Below are positions 1 to 8,038 of a stretch of 64,000 bases of DNA, one piece after another. The stretch's first letter is position 1. Each line of letters begins with the position of its first letter. Origin of the DNA: an uncultured virus (IMG/VR IMGVR_UViG_3300032397_000009). Its lineage: Duplodnaviria; Heunggongvirae; Uroviricota; Caudoviricetes. The notes beneath the pieces are model-generated. The model worked only from the letters and a program-made list of their open reading frames with translations, did no database searches and was not told the origin of the DNA. The position numbers were made by a program, and so were the translations under genes. The stretch is taken from IMG/VR virus record IMGVR_UViG_3300032397_000009. One strand, 5' to 3'.

Positions 1-230
1 TTTCCGAAGAGCCCATCGCCCACTGAGAGAGACAGGCAAGAGAGGCCCAAAAAACGGGTCACCTTTCCGTTCCTGGTACAGGTGGAGTTCCCGACCGAGA
101 AGGCCGCACAAGCGGGCGCACAATACTGTGCTGGGTGCATCCAGCAAGCAACAAAACAACCGTAGTCGTTGTCGAAGGCTGCCAACCCCCATTTTTCGCT
201 TGCCTTTATTTTTATGCTCCTCATTTTCAT
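1..230 (-). CDS. hypothetical Cys-containing protein, runs off window start
   Basis: Hand-translated: AGGAG then ATG at 230, MKMRSIKIKASEKWG...; open to base 1. Confidence 0.5.
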   Translation of the reverse strand, partial: MKMRSIKIKASEKWGLAAFDNDYGCFVACWMHPAQYCAPACAAFSVGNSTCTRNGKVTRFLGLSCLSLSVGDGLFG

Positions 231-236
231 CTTCTC

Positions 237-569
237 CTACCTTTCCACTTCCCAACCAGGGACGAGCCGATCGATGAACCATATCGTGTAGTGCTGACCC
301 CCGAACTCGAATTGCCCAAGGACGCCTTGAAGGAGGAGATCTGTCGGCCTAGATACCGTCCATGGTGACCACAGCATCACGTTGACTTGAAATCCGGCGA
401 CGGGAATCTCCAACAACTCGTCCACCTCCCAGGGGTCGGGAGGATAGTGCAAGAGGGCTCCGGGCGCCTCACCATCGAGAATCATTTCCTCGATGCTCAG
501 CACGTCGTTGGCTACGCGCTCGAATTCGTTCGCGTCAGTGCGACCAGATATGAAGATCTGCATACACAT
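237..569 (-). CDS. hypothetical protein
   Basis: 110-aa ORF tightly packed in the leftward operon. Confidence 0.6.
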   Translation of the reverse strand: MCMQIFISGRTDANEFERVANDVLSIEEMILDGEAPGALLHYPPDPWEVDELLEIPVAGFQVNVMLWSPWTVSRPTDLLLQGVLGQFEFGGQHYTIWFIDRLVPGWEVER

Positions 570-570
570 C

Positions 571-1014
571 CTAGTAGTCGTAGAAACCGGGATCCCCTGG
601 TTTCAGTTCTGGCGCGGGCTCCACCACTGGCCGACCCGTGGGTGGAACCGGGTCGAACTCTATCTTGGTCGTGATGTTCTTCAGGTTCGCCCACCTCCCC
701 GAGTAGACGACGTCGCACTCGAAGATGACCCGCTCGCGGACGAGGAGGTCGGGATCGTCGAGCGACTTCTTCGAGGCGCCCATGCGGAGCAGATCTTTCT
801 TCGTGTACTTCTCCGCGTTCGGCGTCAGGTACATGCGCTTGCGCCACTCGCGGTCGAGCCACTTCAACACGTTCGACTCCGTGATGAGGAACACCACGGC
901 CAGGAACGGCTTATCGTCCTCGAGCGTGAGCTTCTTCTTGGCCTCGACGATCCGCATCGTGTAGTGGCCCGGCGGCGGGTCGTACTCCGACCGCTTCTGG
1001 TTATCATCGCTCAT
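571..1014 (-). CDS. DUF669-like phage protein (possible ssDNA-binding/recombination)
   Basis: YDPPPGHYTMRIVEAK N-terminal motif, Pro/acidic tail ending FYDY; start MSDDN overlaps upstream stop. Confidence 0.55.
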   Translation of the reverse strand: MSDDNQKRSEYDPPPGHYTMRIVEAKKKLTLEDDKPFLAVVFLITESNVLKWLDREWRKRMYLTPNAEKYTKKDLLRMGASKKSLDDPDLLVRERVIFECDVVYSGRWANLKNITTKIEFDPVPPTGRPVVEPAPELKPGDPGFYDY

Positions 1015-1187
1015 GGCCGCAACTCCTTGATCCAGACGGTCTTGGAATACCATGTTCCCGCAAACAGCGGCTCGGGCACGATGATGACCATGTGCTCACT
1101 GGGGAAGGCCTTGATGCGAACGACATCGTTGCCCCAGCGCACGATCTGGCCGACATGAAATCCCGCCTGTGTTTTCTTCCTTGCCAT
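1011..1187 (-). CDS. small hypothetical protein (58 aa, not in ORF track)
   Basis: MARKKTQAGFHVGQIVRW...ELRP*; GGGAG upstream; ATGA overlap with next gene. Confidence 0.55.
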   Translation of the reverse strand: MARKKTQAGFHVGQIVRWGNDVVRIKAFPSEHMVIIVPEPLFAGTWYSKTVWIKELRP

Positions 1188-1218
1188 GGCAGCACTCCCC
1201 TACCGCCCAGGCCGAGCG

Positions 1219-1524
1219 TCAGTTCAAAACAGTCGTATCTCGTCTCTCCGTCGCCTCGAGCATCTGGGCGAGCTTCTCGCCGGTGCGCTCGAAGAATTCA
1301 TCCGAGTCGATCGCGCTCTCGAGGCTGTGCCTGAAGATCGCGACCAAGCCGCCGACGAGCATGTTCCAGGCCATCTCACCGGTCATGGGCGTCTCGAGCT
1401 TCACGCCGAAGCCGGTCGACATGCCGCTGGGATGGGTGCTCGGTGCGATGACCGCCGAGATGGTGATCTTCTTCGGGCTGTCGTCGAGCATCTTCGCCCA
1501 GTCCCGCGGCGGGAACTCATTCAT
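1219..1524 (-). CDS. hypothetical protein
   Basis: 101-aa ORF overlapping upstream stop. Confidence 0.6.
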   Translation of the reverse strand: MNEFPPRDWAKMLDDSPKKITISAVIAPSTHPSGMSTGFGVKLETPMTGEMAWNMLVGGLVAIFRHSLESAIDSDEFFERTGEKLAQMLEATERRDTTVLN

Positions 1525-2026
1525 CGTCTTCCCCTATGAGCCCTTCCTTGCGGGCGCGGCGCAGCATCATAATGCCGCGTGGCAGCCACTCGCGCATCGA
1601 GATCCAGGCGATCTCGAACTGCGCCTCGATCGTCTCGAGGTCGGCCTTCTTGCGTTCGTAGGCCGAGGCCGCGACCGTGCCGATCACCGCGCCCATGATG
1701 AGCGCGAGCTCGGGCACGCCGAGCGGCCGGTTCTCCGGGCTCGGCGGGAACACTTCGCCGAAATAATTGATGGTGAGCCGCACGCTCTCGACGAGGGCCG
1801 CCTCGGGCGGCTTGCCGGCCTTGCCCGTGAGGAAGTCGGGATTGCAGTAGTCCGAGTTCCGGAAGCGGGCCAGGAGGCATGCCAGGGCCGCCTCGTAGTT
1901 CTGGCCACCGCGGTCCTTTTCGAGGATGAGGTCGCCGGCGATGTCGCGGAGCTCCGTGGGCACGGGCGCCTGGCCGAGGGAGCTGAGAACACTGCTGGTA
2001 TGCGGCTTGATGTGCTTCTGGCTCAT
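1517..2026 (-). CDS. hypothetical protein
   Basis: Start MSQKHIK after GGGGAG; 3' part of ORF 1517..2248. Confidence 0.6.
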   Translation of the reverse strand: MSQKHIKPHTSSVLSSLGQAPVPTELRDIAGDLILEKDRGGQNYEAALACLLARFRNSDYCNPDFLTGKAGKPPEAALVESVRLTINYFGEVFPPSPENRPLGVPELALIMGAVIGTVAASAYERKKADLETIEAQFEIAWISMREWLPRGIMMLRRARKEGLIGEDDE

Positions 2027-2034
2027 GGCTCCCC

Positions 2035-2265
2035 CTATTTGAACGTGAGCGTGTCCGCGTCCTTCATCGTACCGAACCCGAACACGACCCGCGCGACGTA
2101 AGTACAGCGCTGGTTCGAGCAGGCGGTCTTCTGGGTCGGGTGGTTGTGCTCGTCGAACGACGCGAACGGACCCACGATAGGGCTGCCGCACCGCGGGCAG
2201 ACCGGGCTGGGACCGGCCGTGGTGTCTGGCTGCATCGGATTGTTCCATACCCTCGGGTTGACCAT
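2035..2265 (-). CDS. zinc-ribbon protein
   Basis: CPRC...CSNQRC; GGAAGGAG RBS; first gene of leftward block. Confidence 0.6.
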   Translation of the reverse strand: MVNPRVWNNPMQPDTTAGPSPVCPRCGSPIVGPFASFDEHNHPTQKTACSNQRCTYVARVVFGFGTMKDADTLTFK

Positions 2266-2466
2266 GAGATCTCCTTCCTATTGTCGTTCCCGCGCACTCG
2301 AGTGCGCGCGACGTTGTCCTCTGAATGTGCGGGAGGCCGCCTCGGCTGGGGAGTCTCCGAGGCGGCCTCTAGGTGGAGAACGGAACGACGCGGCAGGTGT
2401 TCCCACGTCGTTTGTGCGCCGAGTGTTTGAATGATTCCTCACACCTGTAGCCCCGGCTACCATCGA

Positions 2467-2495
2467 TGAGTATCCGTCCGTGGACGGTTTGTCAA
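2467..2495 (-). promoter_or_regulatory. sigma70-like promoter with a palindrome in its spacer
   Basis: TTGACA-N17-TACTCA; CCGTCC-GT-GGACGG palindrome at 2474-2487. Confidence 0.6.
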
Positions 2496-2557
2496 GAATG
2501 CAGGTATTTCCTGCGCCGGCGGTTGTTTTCCTGAACATCTTCTCCCCTTGCCTGTGG

Positions 2558-2586
2558 GCGGTAGCAAAACGATTTCGCGAAGTCAA
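2558..2586 (-). promoter_or_regulatory. sigma70-like leftward promoter
   Basis: TTGACT-N17-TACCGC with TG before the -10. Confidence 0.55.
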
Positions 2587-2629
2587 GTTTTCCGAGTGCC
2601 CACTCAAGGGCGACATTAAAAGTCGCGGC

Positions 2630-2690
2630 GCGACTTTTCTGCGACAACTCCGCGACGGATCTGCGACGGATCTGCGACGGATCTGCGACG
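2630..2690 (+). repeat. 11-bp-period GCGAC array
   Basis: GCGAC at 2630, 2641, 2652, 2663, 2674, 2685; GCGACGGATCT exact x3. Confidence 0.9.
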
Positions 2691-2711
2691 CGGCGAAGCA
2701 CCGCAAAAAAG

Positions 2712-2740
2712 TTGACGCTTGCGATTCGTTTTGCTACCGC
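2712..2740 (+). promoter_or_regulatory. sigma70-like rightward promoter
   Basis: TTGACG-N17-TACCGC; mirror of 2558-2586. Confidence 0.55.
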
Positions 2741-2774
2741 CTCGGACGTGGAGAAAACCTCGGGTAGATCCCGC

Positions 2775-4055
2775 ATGCCTCTGGAGTCGTGGCATGTCGG
2801 TGATAACGAGGTGGAATCGTGTGTCCCAAAAACTGGTTTCGTTCGCGACTACCTAGAGTACGCGAAAACGACAACTGACGCTGCGGCCTGGTTCCACCTT
2901 GGTTCTATCCTGTCCGTGCTTTCAGTAGCTGCGGGCAACGCCGACTACTATGCGGTCATGCCCGACGGGCGCTACTCGACGCACGGCCTGCAGCTCTGGA
3001 GCGTGCTCGTGGGGTTGAGCGGCACGCGCAAGAGCCAGACGATGGACCCGGCGATGCGGATCCTGCGCGGCGCCGAGCCGACCCTCATCCTCTCGACCGA
3101 TTTTTCCCAAGAGGCGCTACACGACACACTCTGCTCCCGCGGCGGGATCGCCATGATCCAGCGCGACGAAATGCAGACTCTGTTCGCGCAGGCGCGGCGC
3201 TCCTACACCCAGGGTCTGATCGGCTGGCTGCTCGAGTCGTACAAGGGTGGGCCGATCTCCCGCGACACGAAGAGCGGCGGCACGACGGACGCCGACCGCG
3301 TGCGGCTATCTCTGCTGGGAGGCATTCCACCGAGCACCCTGCAGGGAGCCACGAGCCGAGAAGACTGGAGGAGCGGGTTCCTACCGAGGTTCTGCTTCTG
3401 GGGAGCTCGTCGCACCCGGTACTCGGAGTTCCCAACGCACGACGCGGCCATAGAGGCGGGCTTCTCGGCCTGGCTGCGGGACAATGTACTGAACCGGACC
3501 ATGCGCCTGATGATCCCCCGAGAGAGCGCCCGCCTCATCTCCGACTGGTATCGCGACCACGTCGAGCTGAGAAGCCACCTCGTGCCCGACGAGGTGTTCT
3601 CGACGCTGACGAGGCTGCAGGTCAAGGGGCTGCAGATCGCGGGGCTATTCGCGGCCTCCAGGCTGACCCCGGACGTCAAGGACGCGAAGGACATCTCGGT
3701 CGAGCTCGAGGACGTGCAGTGCGGCCTCAACGTGGTAAAACTCTTCCACAAGACCACGCTGGGGCTATTCACGACGGTCGGGTCAACGATCGACGCCACG
3801 GAGGAGAACTCGATGCTCCGGTGGCTGTCGAACCACCCTGGGTCGACCGTGCGGCAGATCGCCGAGGCCATGGGCATGAGCGCGCGGCACATCAACCGCA
3901 CCATGATCGAGTTCAACGCCGCCGGCGTCGTCGAGAGCATTTTATCGAACAACCACATCCAGGTCCGCGGTCCCAAGCCCCGGCTCTACTCCGTCGTGGC
4001 AGACGACAACGACCTTGCCGACCTTCTCCCTGGCCTCCCACCTCTTGATGATTGA
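2775..4055 (+). CDS. DUF3987-type P-loop helicase-like replication protein with C-terminal HTH
   Basis: Walker A-like GLSGTRKS, SQEAL, IQRDEM Walker B, SGFLPRF; C-terminal STVRQIAEAMGMSARHINR; probable start MPLESW. Confidence 0.75.
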   Translation: MPLESWHVGDNEVESCVPKTGFVRDYLEYAKTTTDAAAWFHLGSILSVLSVAAGNADYYAVMPDGRYSTHGLQLWSVLVGLSGTRKSQTMDPAMRILRGAEPTLILSTDFSQEALHDTLCSRGGIAMIQRDEMQTLFAQARRSYTQGLIGWLLESYKGGPISRDTKSGGTTDADRVRLSLLGGIPPSTLQGATSREDWRSGFLPRFCFWGARRTRYSEFPTHDAAIEAGFSAWLRDNVLNRTMRLMIPRESARLISDWYRDHVELRSHLVPDEVFSTLTRLQVKGLQIAGLFAASRLTPDVKDAKDISVELEDVQCGLNVVKLFHKTTLGLFTTVGSTIDATEENSMLRWLSNHPGSTVRQIAEAMGMSARHINRTMIEFNAAGVVESILSNNHIQVRGPKPRLYSVVADDNDLADLLPGLPPLDD

Positions 4056-4510
4056 TAACTACGACAGTTCCATACGATACTAAAAAGACTTGGTACTACG
4101 TCATTCCCACCGGTTATTAGAGACATCAAAACCCGATGTCACTATTGTTCTTGGTCGAATTTAGCTTTAATTCCGACCACTTACCTAATTAGAGACATAA
4201 ATAGAGACTTTGCACCAACTACTGTCCCCCCCCCTCCCCCCTCCCCTATGTACGCATGTGCGCGCGGATTTCGTGCAGATCTAATGTCTGTATTTTTTTT
4301 TATATATATATATACAGGGAATCACTAAGGAATTTGGCAAGGAAATAGAGACATCGGGCCATGTCTGAATAAAACCTGTGGCACTTCTAATAATGCGTAA
4401 TCATTGTAGAAATAATTCAGCAGACCTCTGGGTCTGAATAGTTTCTATTATTGGAAGCCTGACTTCCACCTGGAATCTCGGCTTCCACAGTTGGAAGCCT
4501 GACTTCCACC
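4056..4510. other. AT-rich non-coding region, candidate replication origin
   Basis: Abrupt AT enrichment, T and TA runs, TAGAGACAT at 4118, 4190, 4346, three palindromic boxes at 4451-4510. Confidence 0.55.
4451..4510. repeat. three tandem palindromic TGGAA(G/T)-N5-CTTCCA boxes
   Basis: TTGGAAGCCTGACTTCCACC at 4451 and 4491; variant at 4471. Confidence 0.85.
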
Positions 4511-4603
4511 CAGCCTTCCTTCCCTTCGTCGACGGCCCCGCGAGGAGCGGTTTGAGCCACCGCCCCTCCGCGACGAGGCCCTCCCTGCCCTGTTCCTATT
4601 TTC

Positions 4604-4632
4604 TTGACTTCCGCAGATCGTTCTTCTACGCC
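4604..4632 (+). promoter_or_regulatory. sigma70-like promoter
   Basis: TTGACT-N17-TACGCC; spacer resembles those at 2558 and 2712 (shared TCGTT). Confidence 0.55.
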
Positions 4633-4790
4633 ACGGCATGAAACCATGAGAAGAGGAGATGCAAGGGCACAAGGGGACCATAGGAACACTCGTTTCCATG
4701 GGCCCCCATGGGGGTGTGGAAACAACCAACTGAGGCCCTGGAGCTACAATTTTTGTTCGAAGAAGTTGAAAACGAGAGGAGACGGTAGCA

Positions 4791-5432
4791 GTGCAATACA
4801 AAGTGAAGATCATCACCAGGACTTTCGGGCCGGTCTGCCGAGAGACGGAAACCGTTTTCACAACGCCCGACGTGCTGGCGCCGTCGACGAAGGAAGTCCA
4901 GCACATGTTCGAGGAGGCCACGGCTCAGCGCTTTGCGGTGGGCGTGGTCGAGGAGCGGCCCATCGTGATGAACGGCTTCGGGCAGTTGTTCTTGGTGATG
5001 GGAGATGGCGAGGAGAAGCTCCTTGGCAAGAACGTGCCGCAGACCATCGGCTCGCTCGACTTCACCGCCGAGCTCGTGCGTGAGCCCTGGAAGCGCAAGG
5101 ATAACCGCAACCTCCTCCTGCGCCTCTGGCACTGGCTCATCGGGGCGCGCTGCCACAACTGCTTCTACTTCGACCAGCAGAGCGCCGTCGAGTGGCGGGA
5201 CAGGGTGACGCACACCTTCCAGGAGGGGCTCGTCGCGCGCATGTGGGACGATGTCACCAAGATCAGCGCCGAGCAGGCCTACGTCCCCGACATCCCCAAG
5301 GACGATTTCGGGTACTGCGCGAAGCAGACCAACGGGCTGTCGGGTTGCCTTCCGGCCTGCCGGTATTACAAGAGGATGTTGAAGACCAAGAAGAAGACGG
5401 CCGACAACACCGTGCTGCGCCGCTACTCTTGA
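4791..5432 (+). CDS. hypothetical Cys-cluster protein
   Basis: GAGGAG RBS; CHNC, GYC, C-x3-C; ends DNTVLRRYS. Confidence 0.7.
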   Translation: MQYKVKIITRTFGPVCRETETVFTTPDVLAPSTKEVQHMFEEATAQRFAVGVVEERPIVMNGFGQLFLVMGDGEEKLLGKNVPQTIGSLDFTAELVREPWKRKDNRNLLLRLWHWLIGARCHNCFYFDQQSAVEWRDRVTHTFQEGLVARMWDDVTKISAEQAYVPDIPKDDFGYCAKQTNGLSGCLPACRYYKRMLKTKKKTADNTVLRRYS

Positions 5433-5471
5433 TAGAGCGCGGGCACCGAGACAGAGCGTGAAAGGAACCGA
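5402..5471 (+). repeat. 70-bp direct repeat, copy 1
   Basis: 69/70 identical to 33119-33188. Confidence 0.95.
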
Positions 5472-5488
5472 GTAGAACGGAGGGCGGC

Positions 5489-5959
5489 GTGGCCTACAGG
5501 AAAAAAGGGTTCGAGCTCCAGACCAAGGAGCAGATGATGCAGAAGGGCAAGCATACTTGCGACGAGCACGGCCGCCCGCTCGTGGTGCTGCCCACCGAGT
5601 CCGAGGTGGGGCGGGCCCTGACCACGGACCGCCTGTGCATGTTCTGCAACAACTGGGACCAGGAGCTCGGCCAGCAGGAGTGCCTCAAGCAGAAGTTCTG
5701 GCAGAGGATGCTGCGCGAGGAGAAGTACAAGCCCGAGTGGTTCGAGAACCCCCACTCCTACGGCCTGTGCCGGGTGTTCGAGGGGAGGCTGATACCGTCG
5801 ATCGCGCCGGCGACCTGCGTCGCGAGCGACTTCAACGAGGAGATCTATGGGAAGCCTGGGGGCATGGATAAGCTCCCCTGCCCCTACTACAACGACAAGC
5901 GCGTGGTCGGCAGCAAGATGTTCATTGGGGTACACGCGAAGTCGAAGCTGGAGCACTGA
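5489..5959 (+). CDS. hypothetical Cys-rich protein
   Basis: GGAGG RBS, GTG start; CMFC, YGLC, CPYY. Confidence 0.7.
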   Translation: MAYRKKGFELQTKEQMMQKGKHTCDEHGRPLVVLPTESEVGRALTTDRLCMFCNNWDQELGQQECLKQKFWQRMLREEKYKPEWFENPHSYGLCRVFEGRLIPSIAPATCVASDFNEEIYGKPGGMDKLPCPYYNDKRVVGSKMFIGVHAKSKLEH

Positions 5960-6231
5960 TGACGAAGATCGCACACATCAACAAGGTGCAGGAGTTCCTC
6001 GAAGACGCGCTCGCTCGGAATCCGGAGCTCCTCATTATCGCGTTCAAGGACAAGAAGAGCGGGTGGATCACCGGCGTAGCGAACAAGAACGACAAAGGGC
6101 TGCCGTTGGAAGAAATACTCGGCATGCTCGAGATCCACAAGGCCCAAATACTCAGGTTCTTCTTCGATCAGTTCGAGTTTCCCGACCACGAGCGGATAAG
6201 CCGTGGTGACGACGAGAAGGAACCGGGATGA
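5959..6231 (+). CDS. hypothetical protein
   Basis: Start overlaps upstream stop. Confidence 0.65.
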   Translation: MTKIAHINKVQEFLEDALARNPELLIIAFKDKKSGWITGVANKNDKGLPLEEILGMLEIHKAQILRFFFDQFEFPDHERISRGDDEKEPG

Positions 6232-6416
6232 AGGTGAAGGTCAAGCGCTTGTCGGATGAAGATCGAGATCGACTGTCGGATGAGTTCGAAGCGGCGTGGC
6301 GCCAGCGCGTCGAACTCGCCAGGAAGAAGTACTGGTCGGAGCGCCCAGACCCACGGGGGACGTTCGAGAACGCGGCACCGAAAGTCGAAGGGGAGCAGGG
6401 GGATCGGAATGGATGA
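6228..6416 (+). CDS. hypothetical protein
   Basis: ATGA coupling. Confidence 0.55.
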   Translation: MKVKVKRLSDEDRDRLSDEFEAAWRQRVELARKKYWSERPDPRGTFENAAPKVEGEQGDRNG

Positions 6417-6771
6417 GATCGAAATAAGACTAGCCAGTGCTCTTCTCAGGGATCTCACGGATGCTGAATGGGACTTCCTCGAGGAGTACCGCAAGACAGA
6501 AGACTACAAGAGGGCGCTCTCCAACTGGCAGGCCGAGACGACGTGGCGCATCTCGCACCAGCGCGAGCTCACCGACGGCCGAAATGTGCTGTCCATTGAG
6601 TCATGGCACGGGATGCGCGTCACGGACCGGGTCATCGTCGAGGTGAATCAGCTCGACCGCTTCGTCGAGCGCGCACTTGAGTGCGCCGAACGGGTACGCG
6701 CTTCTGAGCAGAGCCGTAGGGCAGACGAAACCCAATCGATTACCACGAAGAAGCCGCGGGATGGGATATGA
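6409..6771 (+). CDS. hypothetical protein
   Basis: Start MDEIEIR within ORF 6256..6771. Confidence 0.55.
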   Translation: MDEIEIRLASALLRDLTDAEWDFLEEYRKTEDYKRALSNWQAETTWRISHQRELTDGRNVLSIESWHGMRVTDRVIVEVNQLDRFVERALECAERVRASEQSRRADETQSITTKKPRDGI

Positions 6772-6812
6772 GGACATTCGAGTAAGAAACAAAACTGGAG
6801 TATTAGGAGGAC

Positions 6813-7121
6813 ATGATGAAGTTCAAACCGGTTAGTGACAATGTTCTCGTCGTTCTCGACAAGCCGGTCGAGAAGACGGAGAGCGGCATCTTCTTGCCGT
6901 CCAACGGAGTAACCGAGAAGGACTCCCAGGCGCGCACCGGGGTTGTCGTCGCCGTCGGTGACGGCTACTTCGATCCCTCGATGAATAAGCTGCGCCCGAT
7001 GATGCTGAAGGTCGGGCAGCGGGTGGTGTTCACGAAGTTCGCTGGCACCGATCTGCGAATCAACGGAGAGGACATGATCGTGCTCGGCGAGTATGACATC
7101 CAGGGCATCATCGAGGAGTAG
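6813..7121 (+). CDS. groES: co-chaperonin GroES (Cpn10) homolog
   Basis: FKPVSDNVLV...KTESGIFLP...GVVVAVGDG...LKVGQRVVFTKFAGT...DIQGII; AGGAGG RBS. Confidence 0.92.
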   Translation: MMKFKPVSDNVLVVLDKPVEKTESGIFLPSNGVTEKDSQARTGVVVAVGDGYFDPSMNKLRPMMLKVGQRVVFTKFAGTDLRINGEDMIVLGEYDIQGIIEE

Positions 7122-7700
7122 ATGATGCACGACACCCTGATCAAGATGAAGGATGGACGGACGTTCTGCGGACCGATCTGGTTGTGGCGCCCGCAGTACG
7201 GCTACCTCACGCTCTCCGGTGAGGGTTGGGCCGCCAACTTCAACCACCCCATCCAGTTCTCGGAAATGGAGTCGGCGGTGACGAAGGGGCGGCGTGATCA
7301 TCTCGAGCAGAGCGTCGTGGAGATCGAGGCGGGTTGCGACGAACTCGCTCGAGCGAGGGGCGAGCAGAAATATCCGCACGAATTCACCGTCCACGGCAAC
7401 CTCGGACTGCAACTCTCCTCTGGAACCTTCGTGGTGGAGGAGTTCTCGGGATCGGAATCCGCGTTCTGGGAGTACATGAAGAAGGCCAGGACGCCTGGTA
7501 TCGCCGACCCGTGCCTGCTCGTGCGGACGCGCCCCGTCAACCTTCCTCTCGAGCGCGGCGAACTCGCTGGCTTCAAGGGTAGGCTACAGACAGGCTTCAA
7601 CATCCTGATGTTCTCGGAAGAGGTCGCGGACTACTCGTGGTTCTGGATACGCGACAGCTTCAGCGTCGACCCGAAGGACGCAAAGATGTTTGAGCGATGA
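7122..7700 (+). CDS. hypothetical protein
   Basis: 192-aa ORF abutting groES. Confidence 0.6.
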   Translation: MMHDTLIKMKDGRTFCGPIWLWRPQYGYLTLSGEGWAANFNHPIQFSEMESAVTKGRRDHLEQSVVEIEAGCDELARARGEQKYPHEFTVHGNLGLQLSSGTFVVEEFSGSESAFWEYMKKARTPGIADPCLLVRTRPVNLPLERGELAGFKGRLQTGFNILMFSEEVADYSWFWIRDSFSVDPKDAKMFER

Positions 7701-8038
7701 GACTCGCGAGCATGGACCTCGTGCTCCTCCTCGAGCTCGCGCTCTTCGCGGTAGGCATCGCCTACGTCGTGACCGGCTCGACCATCGGCTATCTGGTGCG
7801 CGTCATCGGCTACGCGGCCCTGAGTTGGTTGCCGATCGCGGCACACCGGGTGTTCTTCTGCCCGCCCTGCTGCGCCTTCTGGTGCGGGGCAGGGCTCGCC
7901 CTCTGGGCCGGGTGCGCCTGGCAGAACATCATCCAGGTCGCGTTCACGGCGTGCCTGGTCGGCATAGTCGTGCAACAGCAGTGGGAAATCGCAGCGAATG
8001 ACGAACAAGAGATCGCGGAGATCTTCGGGAGGAAGTAA
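7697..8038 (+). CDS. small membrane protein with CxxC (DUF1360-like)
   Basis: Hydrophobic helices with FFCPPCCAFWCG. Confidence 0.55.
   Translation: MRLASMDLVLLLELALFAVGIAYVVTGSTIGYLVRVIGYAALSWLPIAAHRVFFCPPCCAFWCGAGLALWAGCAWQNIIQVAFTACLVGIVVQQQWEIAANDEQEIAEIFGRK

Noticed and set aside
2712..2774. TTG start of the helicase-like gene
   Set aside because: Coincides with the -35 of the predicted promoter; ATG 2775 is more plausible
4451..4510. Mini CRISPR array
   Set aside because: Only two 20-bp repeats, the spacer is itself a repeat variant, and no cas genes are seen
4659..4733. 24-aa leader peptide with hairpin
   Set aside because: SD directly abuts the ATG and the peptide has no telling composition
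5402..5471. attL/attR prophage boundary
   Set aside because: Viral-type genes continue on both sides, no tRNA target, and the only recombinase looks inactive
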